Assembly (NCBI RefSeq): GCF_027921745.1
Contig: NC_079240.1
Location: forward strand, 1,116,001 to 1,180,000
From: Schizosaccharomyces osmophilus
Lineage: Eukaryota
DNA length: 64,000 nucleotides
Reading direction: 5' to 3'
In this document: in pieces, positions 53,191 to 64,000 of the stretch
Position numbering within the stretch: the stretch's first letter is position 1
Layout of the letters: every line of letters begins with the position of its first letter
Notes under the pieces: generated by a model
Databases searched by the model: none
The model's input: only the letters and a program-made list of their open reading frames with translations
What the model was told of the DNA's origin: nothing
Program-made: the position numbers and the translations under genes

Positions 53191-56100
53191 TTCGTTGATG
53201 GCTTTCATTGTTTGCTATACTTATTTATCCATTTTGGTAGACAAAACAAACATTACTAATACTATTTTTGTTACTATTTAAGTAGTTATGAAAAACACAG
53301 AAAGAGAAAACTGATGATGGTTTTGAATCAAGCTTAAAGTTGCTGTAAGAATCATTCAGAATCTGGTTCTGTTGAAAGATGTATGTCTGTCATTAAATCT
53401 CATTTAGCACCCTTTCGAGTATAAAAAGTTCCAAAATTGAAATAATACATCAAAGAATACTGATATAATTAAAAAAATAGAAAACGGTTGTTGGCAAGAA
53501 TTGGCCTCAATATCTGGTTTCACAGAATAACCAACAGCTCACGATTGAATCATATGTTTGCAAAGTTGCGCTATCTGAAATATGTACTATGACCGTAGGA
53601 AACTATTTAAAAGATGTCAATGGGACTAAAAGTTATAGATAGCGCCCAACATAAAGTTATTTGCCATAATCCCAATACGTACGTAACTGTTCTCAAGTAG
53701 TTCAGACATTACAACGAATTCTAATAATGCGAGTTTTGTCACCTAAGTTTTTTCTTCTATATTTTAATTCCGAGCCAAGTTTTAACAAACTATTATTTCG
53801 GATGGCAATAATTGAAAATATCATGGAGCTGAAATGTCAGATGAGGCCTATATTCAGGAACTTAAAATTATTACCAGTTGTGATTAGGAAAGATATATAA
53901 TGATATCGATAGAAAATAAGAAAAAGATGTTCACAACTGTGTAATGAAAAAAGTGTCAGTTTTGTTAATGACTCGGTTTTCTATTTCAAATGCGAGTAGT
54001 AGTTATTGAAAGGACGATGACTCTGAAACTGGAGTTAGAGAATGGCCGAGCTACTTTTGAGCGAGGTGCTAGCTCTACTCAAAAATGTTAGATTCATACA
54101 TGACTTCAAAAATGGCGGAAGGCTTTAATACATTCATTGAAAACTGTTTTTTCGACAGCCTTAACATTTCCACCGGTACAAAAGTAAATTATTTGAAAAT
54201 TTTTGGGCAAGGCTTGTAAATTGAGAAGTTGAAAATCAGTCTATTTGAACTACTCGGAAGATACATTCAGAAGAAGACAAGCATTCGTCTAAATAATATC
54301 GGAAGCATGAGATATTCTTCTAAATAACAGGTTTAGCTTCGATATTGATTTTCAACCCGAGAATTACTACCGGCTTTATGGTGCGAAGAATTCATAATGA
54401 CGGAAGCTTTTATATGATCAAATAAAGGCAGATTTTGTGATAGGTTTATAGCGTTGGAAAATTACATAGTTTTAAGAGTAAAGATTGCATAATCAGTAAT
54501 GATAGAATTTTTCCAGGCAGTTTCAAAAATCTAAATGGTAAAAACCAATTCTGACCGACGCAGCTAATGTTTGACATCTCAAGACGTATTACCCCTCAAT
54601 GTTTCTTTCTCTTTTAAACAATGAGAATAACAAAATAACGACAAAAATTTGGTGCTACTACTTTCATGGAAGGAATAATTTTAAGATAATGATCACCAAA
54701 GGAGAATGTAAACCTTATAAAGCTTAAGCTATAGATGTTCAAGTAGAAACAATTTGGCGCATTTATTGGTTGTATGGGAAGATATTATGAACGATTGATA
54801 GGAGAAAGAAGAATGAGTAAATAAACGTCTTTAACAAGTTTACATTAAATCAGTTTAAAACGGATTTGTTGATTAACTAAGCGTTATGCTACAATTTAAA
54901 AAAAGGTAAAACGGTTAAAAGATAGAAAGTAGGTTTCCCAGTCTTTAAAGTCGAATCTTCACACATGCTCTCTGGTATGTGACTAGCTATTTTTCTTTGG
55001 CAGATTATGAACACAGTCGACAGATGAAAAGCCGCATTCCTCGAGAAGCAGCCAGAAATCCTCTTCTACAATGTTAAGGAGAAAATGTAAGTTTACCTGA
55101 CGTATTGCTAAGTCTCTTTTACCAAAACTTATAAATATTGTGTTTTCATTCAAAAGCTAAATAAATGAATAAACTAGCAACTAAGAATTGTATCAGTTTT
55201 TTAAAATTAGCCTATGAAGTGAGTAATCCCTACTTCACTAGATGTGCTGTTGCATCTTGGTATACAAAGCGGGAAGTGATTAAAAGAAAATGGATTGACT
55301 GTCTGCAAATAAACAAATTGCTATCTTGAAAAGGAATGCGCAAGAAGAATCAAAGATTTGTATTTATAAGTGTTTCAATAGGCACTAGGAAAAACAGAAT
55401 TGTGGACACCAAAACTGCACGACAAGGTTTTCAAGTTCATAATTGACAATTGATAATAAATGATGACATTACATATTCAAAACGATTCAATAGATTGTAA
55501 CTGTCACTAAGTCTTAAGTTACAACATTGGTACTATTATTAGACGAACATATTCCATCTACTAGTCATGGAAGTTTTTTTTGTTATTAACTCCTGAGGAA
55601 AATGAGTAATTGGCATCATCATAGAGAAAGCTCGAACGTGTCACCATCAACTAGGCTTCCTCAACAATGACTCTTTACATCGGTTGTTTTGGCGTTCTAG
55701 CCCTAAGAAAAAGGCGCGATATAAGAATTTTTAGATGTATCATATGTTAGAGGCGAGATAATATTATAGACTACACTTTAACTTTGACAGAAAAGTGTAA
55801 CATAGATAATATGATAATATAACAACAAAATCAATATTGACCAGTACAAAACGTGTTTCTGTCGTCATCATTTGTTAATTGGTTGCTTCGCATTAAGTTG
55901 AATATTTTTTTTCAGAAAACGTTGTTATATGTTTAAGGGAGACACAGTATCGTCAATATTTCGAAGTAGAGTATTTCAACTTTATAATCCTTGACACGTA
56001 AATACAGGGGATATGTCGCTAAAAGAGTTAGAAATTTAGAAATGATAAAATCGTCTCATATCAGTAATACTATTTGGTATACTTTTATATACTGCAAGGA

Positions 56101-56534
56101 ACAGTTTAAGGCATTGTTGACGTACATGAAGTTTGCTTGATGACTTTCACATATCAATATATACGAAGCATAGAAGTTTTTAGAAAGTATTTCGTGATAA
56201 TGTCATTTTCGATAGCTCAAGATGCGTAATATAATATTTTTCGGGATGATCTGAAATCTTGCAAACTTCGTAATGAATAACGTCAACTCCAATCAAAAAA
56301 GTACATGAATCTTTAATAAGGTTTTTATAGAAAGTATAACGTTTTAACCTGTTGGCAAATGTTCCACCACTTCGATAATTGAAAATTTTAATAGAGTTCA
56401 AAAGAGGCAGTAACGCTATCCATGGGAAGTTCCACTGTGGGTGGTCTCGGGATGGAATGAGTCACATTTCGTTTTATAAGTAAGTTAAAAAAAAAAAGAA
56501 AATAAATAGAAAGAAATAGACAAAAAAGTGAGGG

Positions 56535-56653
56535 AGCCTACAGCACCCCGGATTCCCATGTTGTCTCCAACCATAGTACTAACGAGGCCCTCAGACGCTT
56601 AACTGCAGTGATCGGACGGGAACTGGTGTTTTCGCCTAGGTATGGCCGTAGAC
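56535..56653 (-). rRNA. 5S rRNA
   Basis: Reverse complement of 3885-4003. Confidence 0.98.
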
Positions 56654-56830
56654 AACTCTCTATCTTTTTTAAGCTATCTATACTATTCATAACTTACTTT
56701 AATAGTATACGGGGTTTGTGTTACACATACGTTTGTCATTGAATTGAATTGAATTGAATTGAATTGAATTGAATTGAATCCAAACAAAGTAATACGAAAT
56801 GGCGTTCATCTTCCTTCATCGTAAGAATGA

Positions 56831-56873
<43 letters not shown>

Positions 56874-58343
56874 ATAATGAAAATTAATGATTGAAACCAC
56901 TGCACGCTACGCTGAACACTGAATCGGGTAACGTTTGTTTCTTTATTTATTGACTACAAAAGCATAAACATTATGTATAATTTTTAAGGTAAAGTTTTTG
57001 TTGCTACCTCTACCTCTACCTCTACCGAAACAAATAACTCACTTGAGCATCCACATACTTGGCTGGCTGTTTATATAACTCATATCCTCCTCCTACGTTT
57101 TTACAATGTTTATCACATAATTCTAGCTCGTCGTCCATCTTGCACTCAATAAGCTTAATGTCCCTTCTCGTAAGAATGGTATCATGAGACAAAATCACTA
57201 AAAGAAATCTTTTCCAAATGCTACTTTACAATGAAATCCTTCCATTGCAACATGAATTGAAAACAGAAACTCGAAAACCTGTAATATGAGGCTGATCTGT
57301 AACTTTTGGCTCGCAAAAATGAACGCCGGAAAGACATAATACATATCAGCATGATTTCCCATCAAATGATGGTTATTTTGGGGTAAAGACGAGTTTTGTG
57401 TGTCAATCGCCTTTTTGGTTTTAAGGTAGCTAGCTCACTAGATTGTACATATCTTCTCTAACTACCAGCAAATGTAGTGTTCAAATCTATACAAAAGCTG
57501 CACGTATTATCAGTAGCTAACTTCAAATTCGTTTCAAAAAGTACTCACATTCATGGAATAAATTATATTTACTTGCAAGTGGCTTTTTGTAACTACACCT
57601 TTCCAAATGGTAACCTCCAAAAACACATATACTCATATTTTCTTTGTCTCCGACATCAGTTGCAGCAAGTCATATTCTCTATATGTACCATGCTGTGCCG
57701 GTTCACTTTCCAATCAATCTTCCCAACTAATAATACTTGCATTACAAACTAATAACATTTGGGGAGGAGGAGGCAGAATCAATTCCTTAAACTTTGTTAT
57801 GTCATACGTTAAAAACATGAAAGAAAAGAAAAGAAAATAAACAAATAAATAATAGTAGTAGAAAATTTAGCTTAGCTTCTACTAATGAATCGTCGATATT
57901 CATTTTGTTGACTGTTTCGGATCAAATGTAGACATATAAAATAAATCAATCAAATGGCGTTTACTATTATTGCCTTGAAGCGTATACGCTATAAGTGATG
58001 CTTAGTAGTAAATTCATCTTTTTAAAAACGTAACTAACCTCGGTTATTTTGCACTTATTGTGGGACCTGTTCGTTTGTTTTTTACCGAAATATAGTTAGA
58101 AGTTCGATTTAATCGTTCGTAGCACGGCCATGGGCGTGAAGTTGATAGCACTCGATACTTTGATACGATACGATACGATACGATACGATACGATACAATA
58201 CAATACAATCAAGCCCACCCACCTACCCACCTGTCAAGTCATTTCTATAGCTAATTGATTGTTTGCATGATAACGAATTTTAAGAACCTTATGTTTTCTT
58301 TTAAGCATGTGGGCATGTGGGATTATGGAAGAAAAGACAGTAC

Positions 58344-58423
58344 AGTGTATATAGTGTATATAGTGTATATAGTGTATATAGTGTATATAGTGTATATAGT
58401 GTATATAGTGTATATAGTGTATA
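58344..58423. repeat. (AGTGTATAT)n minisatellite, 8 full copies + partial
   Basis: Seen directly; produces the spurious VYI-repeat ORF. Confidence 0.95.
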
Positions 58424-58605
58424 AGAGATGGAAAGTTATGGAATTTTAGTTATGATGGAGAGAAAGGGGGAAGCCGTTCAAGCTTTCCATTCTTCTTTTG
58501 CGCAAAAAAAAAAAAAATTTAAACTTACCTCCGTATTTTTCCCCTCTCCTCCCCTCTTCTGACTCTCCTCACGTGAAAATAAAATAAAAAAAAAAAGTGA
58601 GAGGG

Positions 58606-58724
58606 AGCCTACAGCACCCCGGATTCCCATGTTGTCTCCAACCATAGTACTAACGAGGCCCTCAGACGCTTAACTGCAGTGATCGGACGGGAACTGGTGT
58701 TTTCGCCTAGGTATGGCCGTAGAC
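58606..58724 (-). rRNA. 5S rRNA
   Basis: Same 119 nt sequence. Confidence 0.98.
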
Positions 58725-58901
58725 AACTCTCTATCTTTTTTAAGCTATCTATACTATTCATAACTTACTTTAATAGTATACGGGGTTTGTGTTACACATA
58801 CGTTTGTCATTGAATTGAATTGAATTGAATTGAATTGAATTGAATTGAATCCAAACAAAGTAATACGAAATGGCGTTCATCTTCCTTCATCGTAAGAATG
58901 A

Positions 58902-58945
<44 letters not shown>

Positions 58946-60415
58946 ATAATGAAAATTAATGATTGAAACCACTGCACGCTACGCTGAACACTGAATCGGG
59001 TAACGTTTGTTTCTTTATTTATTGACTACAAAAGCATAAACATTATGTATAATTTTTAAGGTAAAGTTTTTGTTGCTACCTCTACCTCTACCTCTACCGA
59101 AACAAATAACTCACTTGAGCATCCACATACTTGGCTGGCTGTTTATATAACTCATATCCTCCTCCTACGTTTTTACAATGTTTATCACATAATTCTAGCT
59201 CGTCGTCCATCTTGCACTCAATAAGCTTAATGTCCCTTCTCGTAAGAATGGTATCATGAGACAAAATCACTAAAAGAAATCTTTTCCAAATGCTACTTTA
59301 CAATGAAATCCTTCCATTGCAACATGAATTGAAAACAGAAACTCGAAAACCTGTAATATGAGGCTGATCTGTAACTTTTGGCTCGCAAAAATGAACGCCG
59401 GAAAGACATAATACATATCAGCATGATTTCCCATCAAATGATGGTTATTTTGGGGTAAAGACGAGTTTTGTGTGTCAATCGCCTTTTTGGTTTTAAGGTA
59501 GCTAGCTCACTAGATTGTACATATCTTCTCTAACTACCAGCAAATGTAGTGTTCAAATCTATACAAAAGCTGCACGTATTATCAGTAGCTAACTTCAAAT
59601 TCGTTTCAAAAAGTACTCACATTCATGGAATAAATTATATTTACTTGCAAGTGGCTTTTTGTAACTACACCTTTCCAAATGGTAACCTCCAAAAACACAT
59701 ATACTCATATTTTCTTTGTCTCCGACATCAGTTGCAGCAAGTCATATTCTCTATATGTACCATGCTGTGCCGGTTCACTTTCCAATCAATCTTCCCAACT
59801 AATAATACTTGCATTACAAACTAATAACATTTGGGGAGGAGGAGGCAGAATCAATTCCTTAAACTTTGTTATGTCATACGTTAAAAACATGAAAGAAAAG
59901 AAAAGAAAATAAACAAATAAATAATAGTAGTAGAAAATTTAGCTTAGCTTCTACTAATGAATCGTCGATATTCATTTTGTTGACTGTTTCGGATCAAATG
60001 TAGACATATAAAATAAATCAATCAAATGGCGTTTACTATTATTGCCTTGAAGCGTATACGCTATAAGTGATGCTTAGTAGTAAATTCATCTTTTTAAAAA
60101 CGTAACTAACCTCGGTTATTTTGCACTTATTGTGGGACCTGTTCGTTTGTTTTTTACCGAAATATAGTTAGAAGTTCGATTTAATCGTTCGTAGCACGGC
60201 CATGGGCGTGAAGTTGATAGCACTCGATACTTTGATACGATACGATACGATACGATACGATACGATACAATACAATACAATCAAGCCCACCCACCTACCC
60301 ACCTGTCAAGTCATTTCTATAGCTAATTGATTGTTTGCATGATAACGAATTTTAAGAACCTTATGTTTTCTTTTAAGCATGTGGGCATGTGGGATTATGG
60401 AAGAAAAGACAGTAC

Positions 60416-60504
60416 AGTGTATATAGTGTATATAGTGTATATAGTGTATATAGTGTATATAGTGTATATAGTGTATATAGTGTATATAGTGTATATAGTG
60501 TATA
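60416..60504. repeat. (AGTGTATAT)n minisatellite, 9 full copies + partial
   Basis: One more unit than the 58344 copy. Confidence 0.95.
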
Positions 60505-60686
60505 AGAGATGGAAAGTTATGGAATTTTAGTTATGATGGAGAGAAAGGGGGAAGCCGTTCAAGCTTTCCATTCTTCTTTTGCGCAAAAAAAAAAAAAATT
60601 TAAACTTACCTCCGTATTTTTCCCCTCTCCTCCCCTCTTCTGACTCTCCTCACGTGAAAATAAAATAAAAAAAAAAAGTGAGAGGG

Positions 60687-60805
60687 AGCCTACAGCACCC
60701 CGGATTCCCATGTTGTCTCCAACCATAGTACTAACGAGGCCCTCAGACGCTTAACTGCAGTGATCGGACGGGAACTGGTGTTTTCGCCTAGGTATGGCCG
60801 TAGAC
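60687..60805 (-). rRNA. 5S rRNA
   Basis: Same 119 nt sequence. Confidence 0.98.
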
Positions 60806-61148
60806 AACTCTCTATCTTTTTTAAGCTATCTATACTATTCATAACTTACTTTAATAGTATACGGGGTTTGTGTTACACATACGTTTGTCATTGAATCGAA
60901 TTGAATTGAATCCAAACAAAGTAATACGAAATGGCGTTCATCTTCCTTCATCATGAGAATGATGATTGACAGATTACCTTTTAGCATATGACCAAGAAAA
61001 TAGTTCAAGAGTTTTGCGAATTTAATAGTCTGTCTATAACACAAGAATAAAAAGGCGTTACAACTATAGCGTAAGAGAGCAACTAATATCTTTAACATAA
61101 GCACAAGATGATTACATTTTAGAACACCAAAACATGGACAAAAATATT

Positions 61149-61220
61149 TTCCGTTGCGGGGAGTCGAACCCCGGCCGCGTCGGTGAAAGCGACGAATCCT
61201 AGCCGTTGGACCACAACGGA
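61149..61220 (-). tRNA. tRNA-Glu (TTC)
   Basis: Identical to the 17069-17140 gene. Confidence 0.97.
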
Positions 61221-61521
61221 TTTGATTAGAATACTTTGTATTTTAATAGTATATATAATTTTATAAAATGACAATTATTGTAGAAATTAGTATATTTTCG
61301 AATGCATTTGTAAATAACCACGGAGTAATCGTTTTAGGTAGAATTTAAGGGAAAAAATAGAAATTGAATTAAACTCAAGTGATGTCAGGGCTGAAACTGG
61401 TAAATGTAAGAGGGAAATGCCTCGTTTCTTCTAAAAATTTACTGCTGTACATGGGCGATACATTTTTCCATTGTTATTGATTGAAAATGTTAGATTAGTC
61501 TTAAAAGTAATTATGATCATC

Positions 61522-61867
61522 TGTCAAGGTTGAAAAATTGTATTATAATATTAAAAAAAAGTCCTTTATTACAAAATGTAAACAACGGAAGTTTCTAACA
61601 AATAAACTTTATCAGAAGGAGAAATGTTATCTACTTTAGAAGATATATATATCTCAAGTTGGAGGTACGAATTTCCAGATTGGAAGATTCGACTGATCTG
61701 GCTTAATAAATCGAGTCGTCGTTTTTTAAGCTATTCAAGTCACTGGACTCTGAAAATACTTATAGAAGACATTAAATAGAGTTCAATGTATACATAAATA
61801 ACTTTTTCAACTTATAAACTCATACACTCGGCATATTAAAATACACCGTAAAAATTCAGCTGTGACA
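61522..61867 (+). mobile_element. Diverged solo LTR-like element (~346 bp); left end approximate
   Basis: TGTCA...cagcTGTGACA; shares cagattggaagatt.gactgatct.gct.aataaatcg with 24383-24420, and its 3' half with 20715-20896. Confidence 0.72.
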
Positions 61868-62215
61868 ACACCAATAGTTAAAATTTGTATAACAAAATTT
61901 CTAACCATCAATTGATAGTTCATAATACCGCTCCTTTCTGAAAAATATAATATAACTATGGGTAATGCATCGCTGTTTTATTTTTAATCTCGTGCATACG
62001 GAGCTTCCGTCATATAATTCGTTATCTTGTTTTCTTTATATTCTTTTGCATCAATACTTCTTCTTTCAAACTATGCTGCATATGGTTTTCAACTGATAAT
62101 CCCGTAATTTACAATCTCCTAAATTCACATCTCCAAACGTAACAGCAGATGTTGTTAATTTATATTAGCAATTAAGCCAACATAGGTCGCATTTAATACA
62201 ATGCTTGTAACAAAT

Positions 62216-62289
62216 GGTCGCATGATGTAGTTGGTTATCATGTCGATCTAATAAGTCGAATGTCGCCAGTTCGAGCCTGGCTGTGACCA
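62216..62289 (+). tRNA. tRNA-Ile (AAT)
   Basis: Identical to the other Ile copies. Confidence 0.96.
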
Positions 62290-62564
62290 TTAATTTTTTT
62301 ATTTTTTTATTTTTTTTATTTCAAATCCATTTCATTTGCTCTTTGATTGAATTATTTGTTGATCTTTTGTTGAAGCAATGTCTTTTTATTGCATAGTGCC
62401 AACATAGTGTAAAACACCCTTTATGATAAACCCAGTGAACGCAATATATAAAATTTATAACAAACAAACCAAAATTGTAACACTGGAACAAGAGCAAAAA
62501 AAAGCAAAATAGTGAAACAATGAAATAACGACAAAACGGAAAAAAAAGAAAAAAAAGAAAAACT

Positions 62565-62638
62565 TGGACAAGCCAGAACTCGAATCTGGGACCTCTTCCA
62601 TGCTAAGGAAGCGTGATAACCATCTACACCACATGCCC
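62565..62638 (-). tRNA. tRNA-Ala (AGC)
   Basis: Identical to the other Ala copies. Confidence 0.96.
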
Positions 62639-63192
62639 TTGGTTGATAACATTAGGATAAATAAAATATATTAAAGCAAGTAAAATAAAGAATGAAGTTT
62701 TATCACTTGTTCCTTTGCAAAGTACTCATACGTATATTCAATTCATTCATCTTTCTATATCATATTATATGTATTGGTTCTCACACGATACGCAGAAGCA
62801 GAAACAAAAAAGTATTGCATTATTGTTATTGCCATCGTTATTAGCTGTTTAGTTATTTATTTTGAAATTGAAATTGACATTGACATTGAAATTGAACTGA
62901 ATTTTGATTGTTGATTGTTAAATGTTAAATGTTGAATACTGAATATTGAATATTGAATATTGAGAACGGCCTAGCAAAGAAATAATAATAATAGTAAAGC
63001 AACGAAATTAATTCATAATATTCGTACACAGGTAATGAACAAACACTGATTGAGACAATCAGAGAAATACATAACCACAGAAACTGCTTCAGTATGAGTG
63101 TCTGTCTCCTTTGCCTTTGCAGGAAACCTTGGGAGCGAAATGCCCTTACCATCTAAGTTGTAAACGTAAAGAACAGGAAGTCCTTCAACGAA

Positions 63193-63275
63193 GGCCGTGT
63201 GGTTTAGATGGTTATAATTTCTGCTTAACATTTAATGTTCGCAGACGGTCCCAAGTTCGAGTCTTGGCACGGTCA
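63193..63275 (+). tRNA. tRNA-Val (AAC), 9 nt intron
   Basis: Same as the other copies except the intron is TTTAATGTT instead of TTCAATGTT. Confidence 0.96.
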
Positions 63276-63647
63276 TAGCCTTCACTTTTTTCAACTTTTC
63301 TTTTTTTTTTAGAACCATCCAATGGATGATGAATGTTTATTTTTTTTTCTACATCTATGCTATTATCCTATTCATTGTTGAATGGTTTCATTTAGTTTGC
63401 TTAGTGTCAGTTTACTAGCAATTTTTTGTCTCATTTCACCTGATAGCATGCATCATCATCATCTACTTGCACTTAATGAATATGACTCTGAGTGAACAGT
63501 CAAATATGAAGAAAACCATGTACAAAGCAGTATTAGAAACGCAAAATCGAATGGCGTTCTCAACTGCAAGGAAGAACCCGAGTATGAGGAAAAAACGAAA
63601 AAACGAAAAAAAAATAAAAAATAAAAAACCGCACAAAAAAAGAATCA

Positions 63648-63718
63648 CTCTCCCTCCGGGATTCGAACCCGGGCTGCCAGCGTGACAGGCTGGTGTACTA
63701 CCCCTATACTAAGGAAGA
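63648..63718 (-). tRNA. tRNA-Asp (GTC)
   Basis: Identical to the other Asp copies. Confidence 0.97.
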
Positions 63719-64000
63719 TTTGTTAAAAGAACTTGCGTTATAATGTTATATCTATATCCTTTTTTGTCATAACTATTAAATAATCAATTTGCAAAAACGG
63801 TGTAGAACCTTGGTAGCTTGTTAATGATCTTGTAAATTCACATTGCCATCGAAGCGCTATTTTAATGTTAGACAGTTCCAATAGCAGAGTATGTATTTTT
63901 ATTGTAATCTTGTCAATTCATTTCGGTGCAATACATCCTACCCTGAGATCGCCAATCAACAGCGAATCGCATAATCAAACGAGTTCCATCTCGTACATTA

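Larger units (their letters stand above)
35128..56820 (-). repeat. Right arm of ~21.7 kb centromeric inverted repeat
   Basis: Reverse complement of 3733-25418; inner junction ...gtacgtctgctt, outer junction ...cttccttcatc. Confidence 0.97.
56535..60952 (-). repeat. Tandem 5S-associated repeat (FSAR-like): two ~2.07-2.08 kb units plus a third 5S gene and its upstream flank
   Basis: 5S genes at periods 2071 and 2081; units appear to differ only in T-run length and nonamer copy number. Confidence 0.95.
62200..63039 (+). repeat. Ile-Ala tRNA cassette, direct copy of ~46822-47668
   Basis: Near-identical, including the (ttgaata)-type microsatellite tail; small indel in the T-rich terminator. Confidence 0.92.

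Noticed and set aside
58255..58449. VYI-repeat protein (also 60327-60530)
   Set aside because: Artefact of translating the AGTGTATAT minisatellite.
56654..58605. hsp16 or intact wtf gene within the 5S-associated repeat
   Set aside because: No open frame of suitable length and no alpha-crystallin-like motif visible.
56535..60952. CRISPR-like or bacterial mobile element interpretation of the repeats
   Set aside because: Intron-containing tRNAs lacking encoded CCA and a eukaryotic 5S show fungal nuclear DNA; no repeat-spacer array exists.
1..64000. All ORFs in the six-frame track as real CDSs
   Set aside because: All are 121 aa or shorter, many are low-complexity (F/K-rich from T/A runs), overlap tRNA genes or recur only because of the repeats; none resembles a protein I recognise.

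Overview
This 64 kb window is AT-rich eukaryotic DNA with no supportable intact protein-coding gene. It reads as an essentially complete regional centromere of a fission yeast (Schizosaccharomyces). The 5S rRNA and tRNA sequences are S. pombe-like. The 5S-associated repeats and the D-V, A-I-R and N-M-E tRNA clusters point to the S. octosporus/cryophilus/osmophilus clade; the species cannot be fixed from sequence alone. A unique, gene-free ~9.7 kb central core (25419-35127) is flanked by near-identical ~21.7 kb inverted arms (3733-25418 and 35128-56820). The window carries 39 tRNA genes in modular clusters and four 5S rRNA genes, three of which delimit a ~2.07 kb tandem repeat on the right. Reading the spacers reveals several further structures. 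(i) A family of degenerate ~350-380 bp TGT...TGTGACA LTR-like elements (5 copies); one has an 'empty site' paralogue in the window and one is followed by a frameshifted gag-like relic. (ii) A signature of 5S-5S recombination that adds or removes repeat units. (iii) Decayed relics of the 5S-associated repeat outside the left arm. (iv) Nested 1 kb inverted D-V cassettes, patchy gene conversion, a dispersed 171 bp element and a dimeric tRNA-Met/tRNA-Asn gene. All alignments were done by eye.
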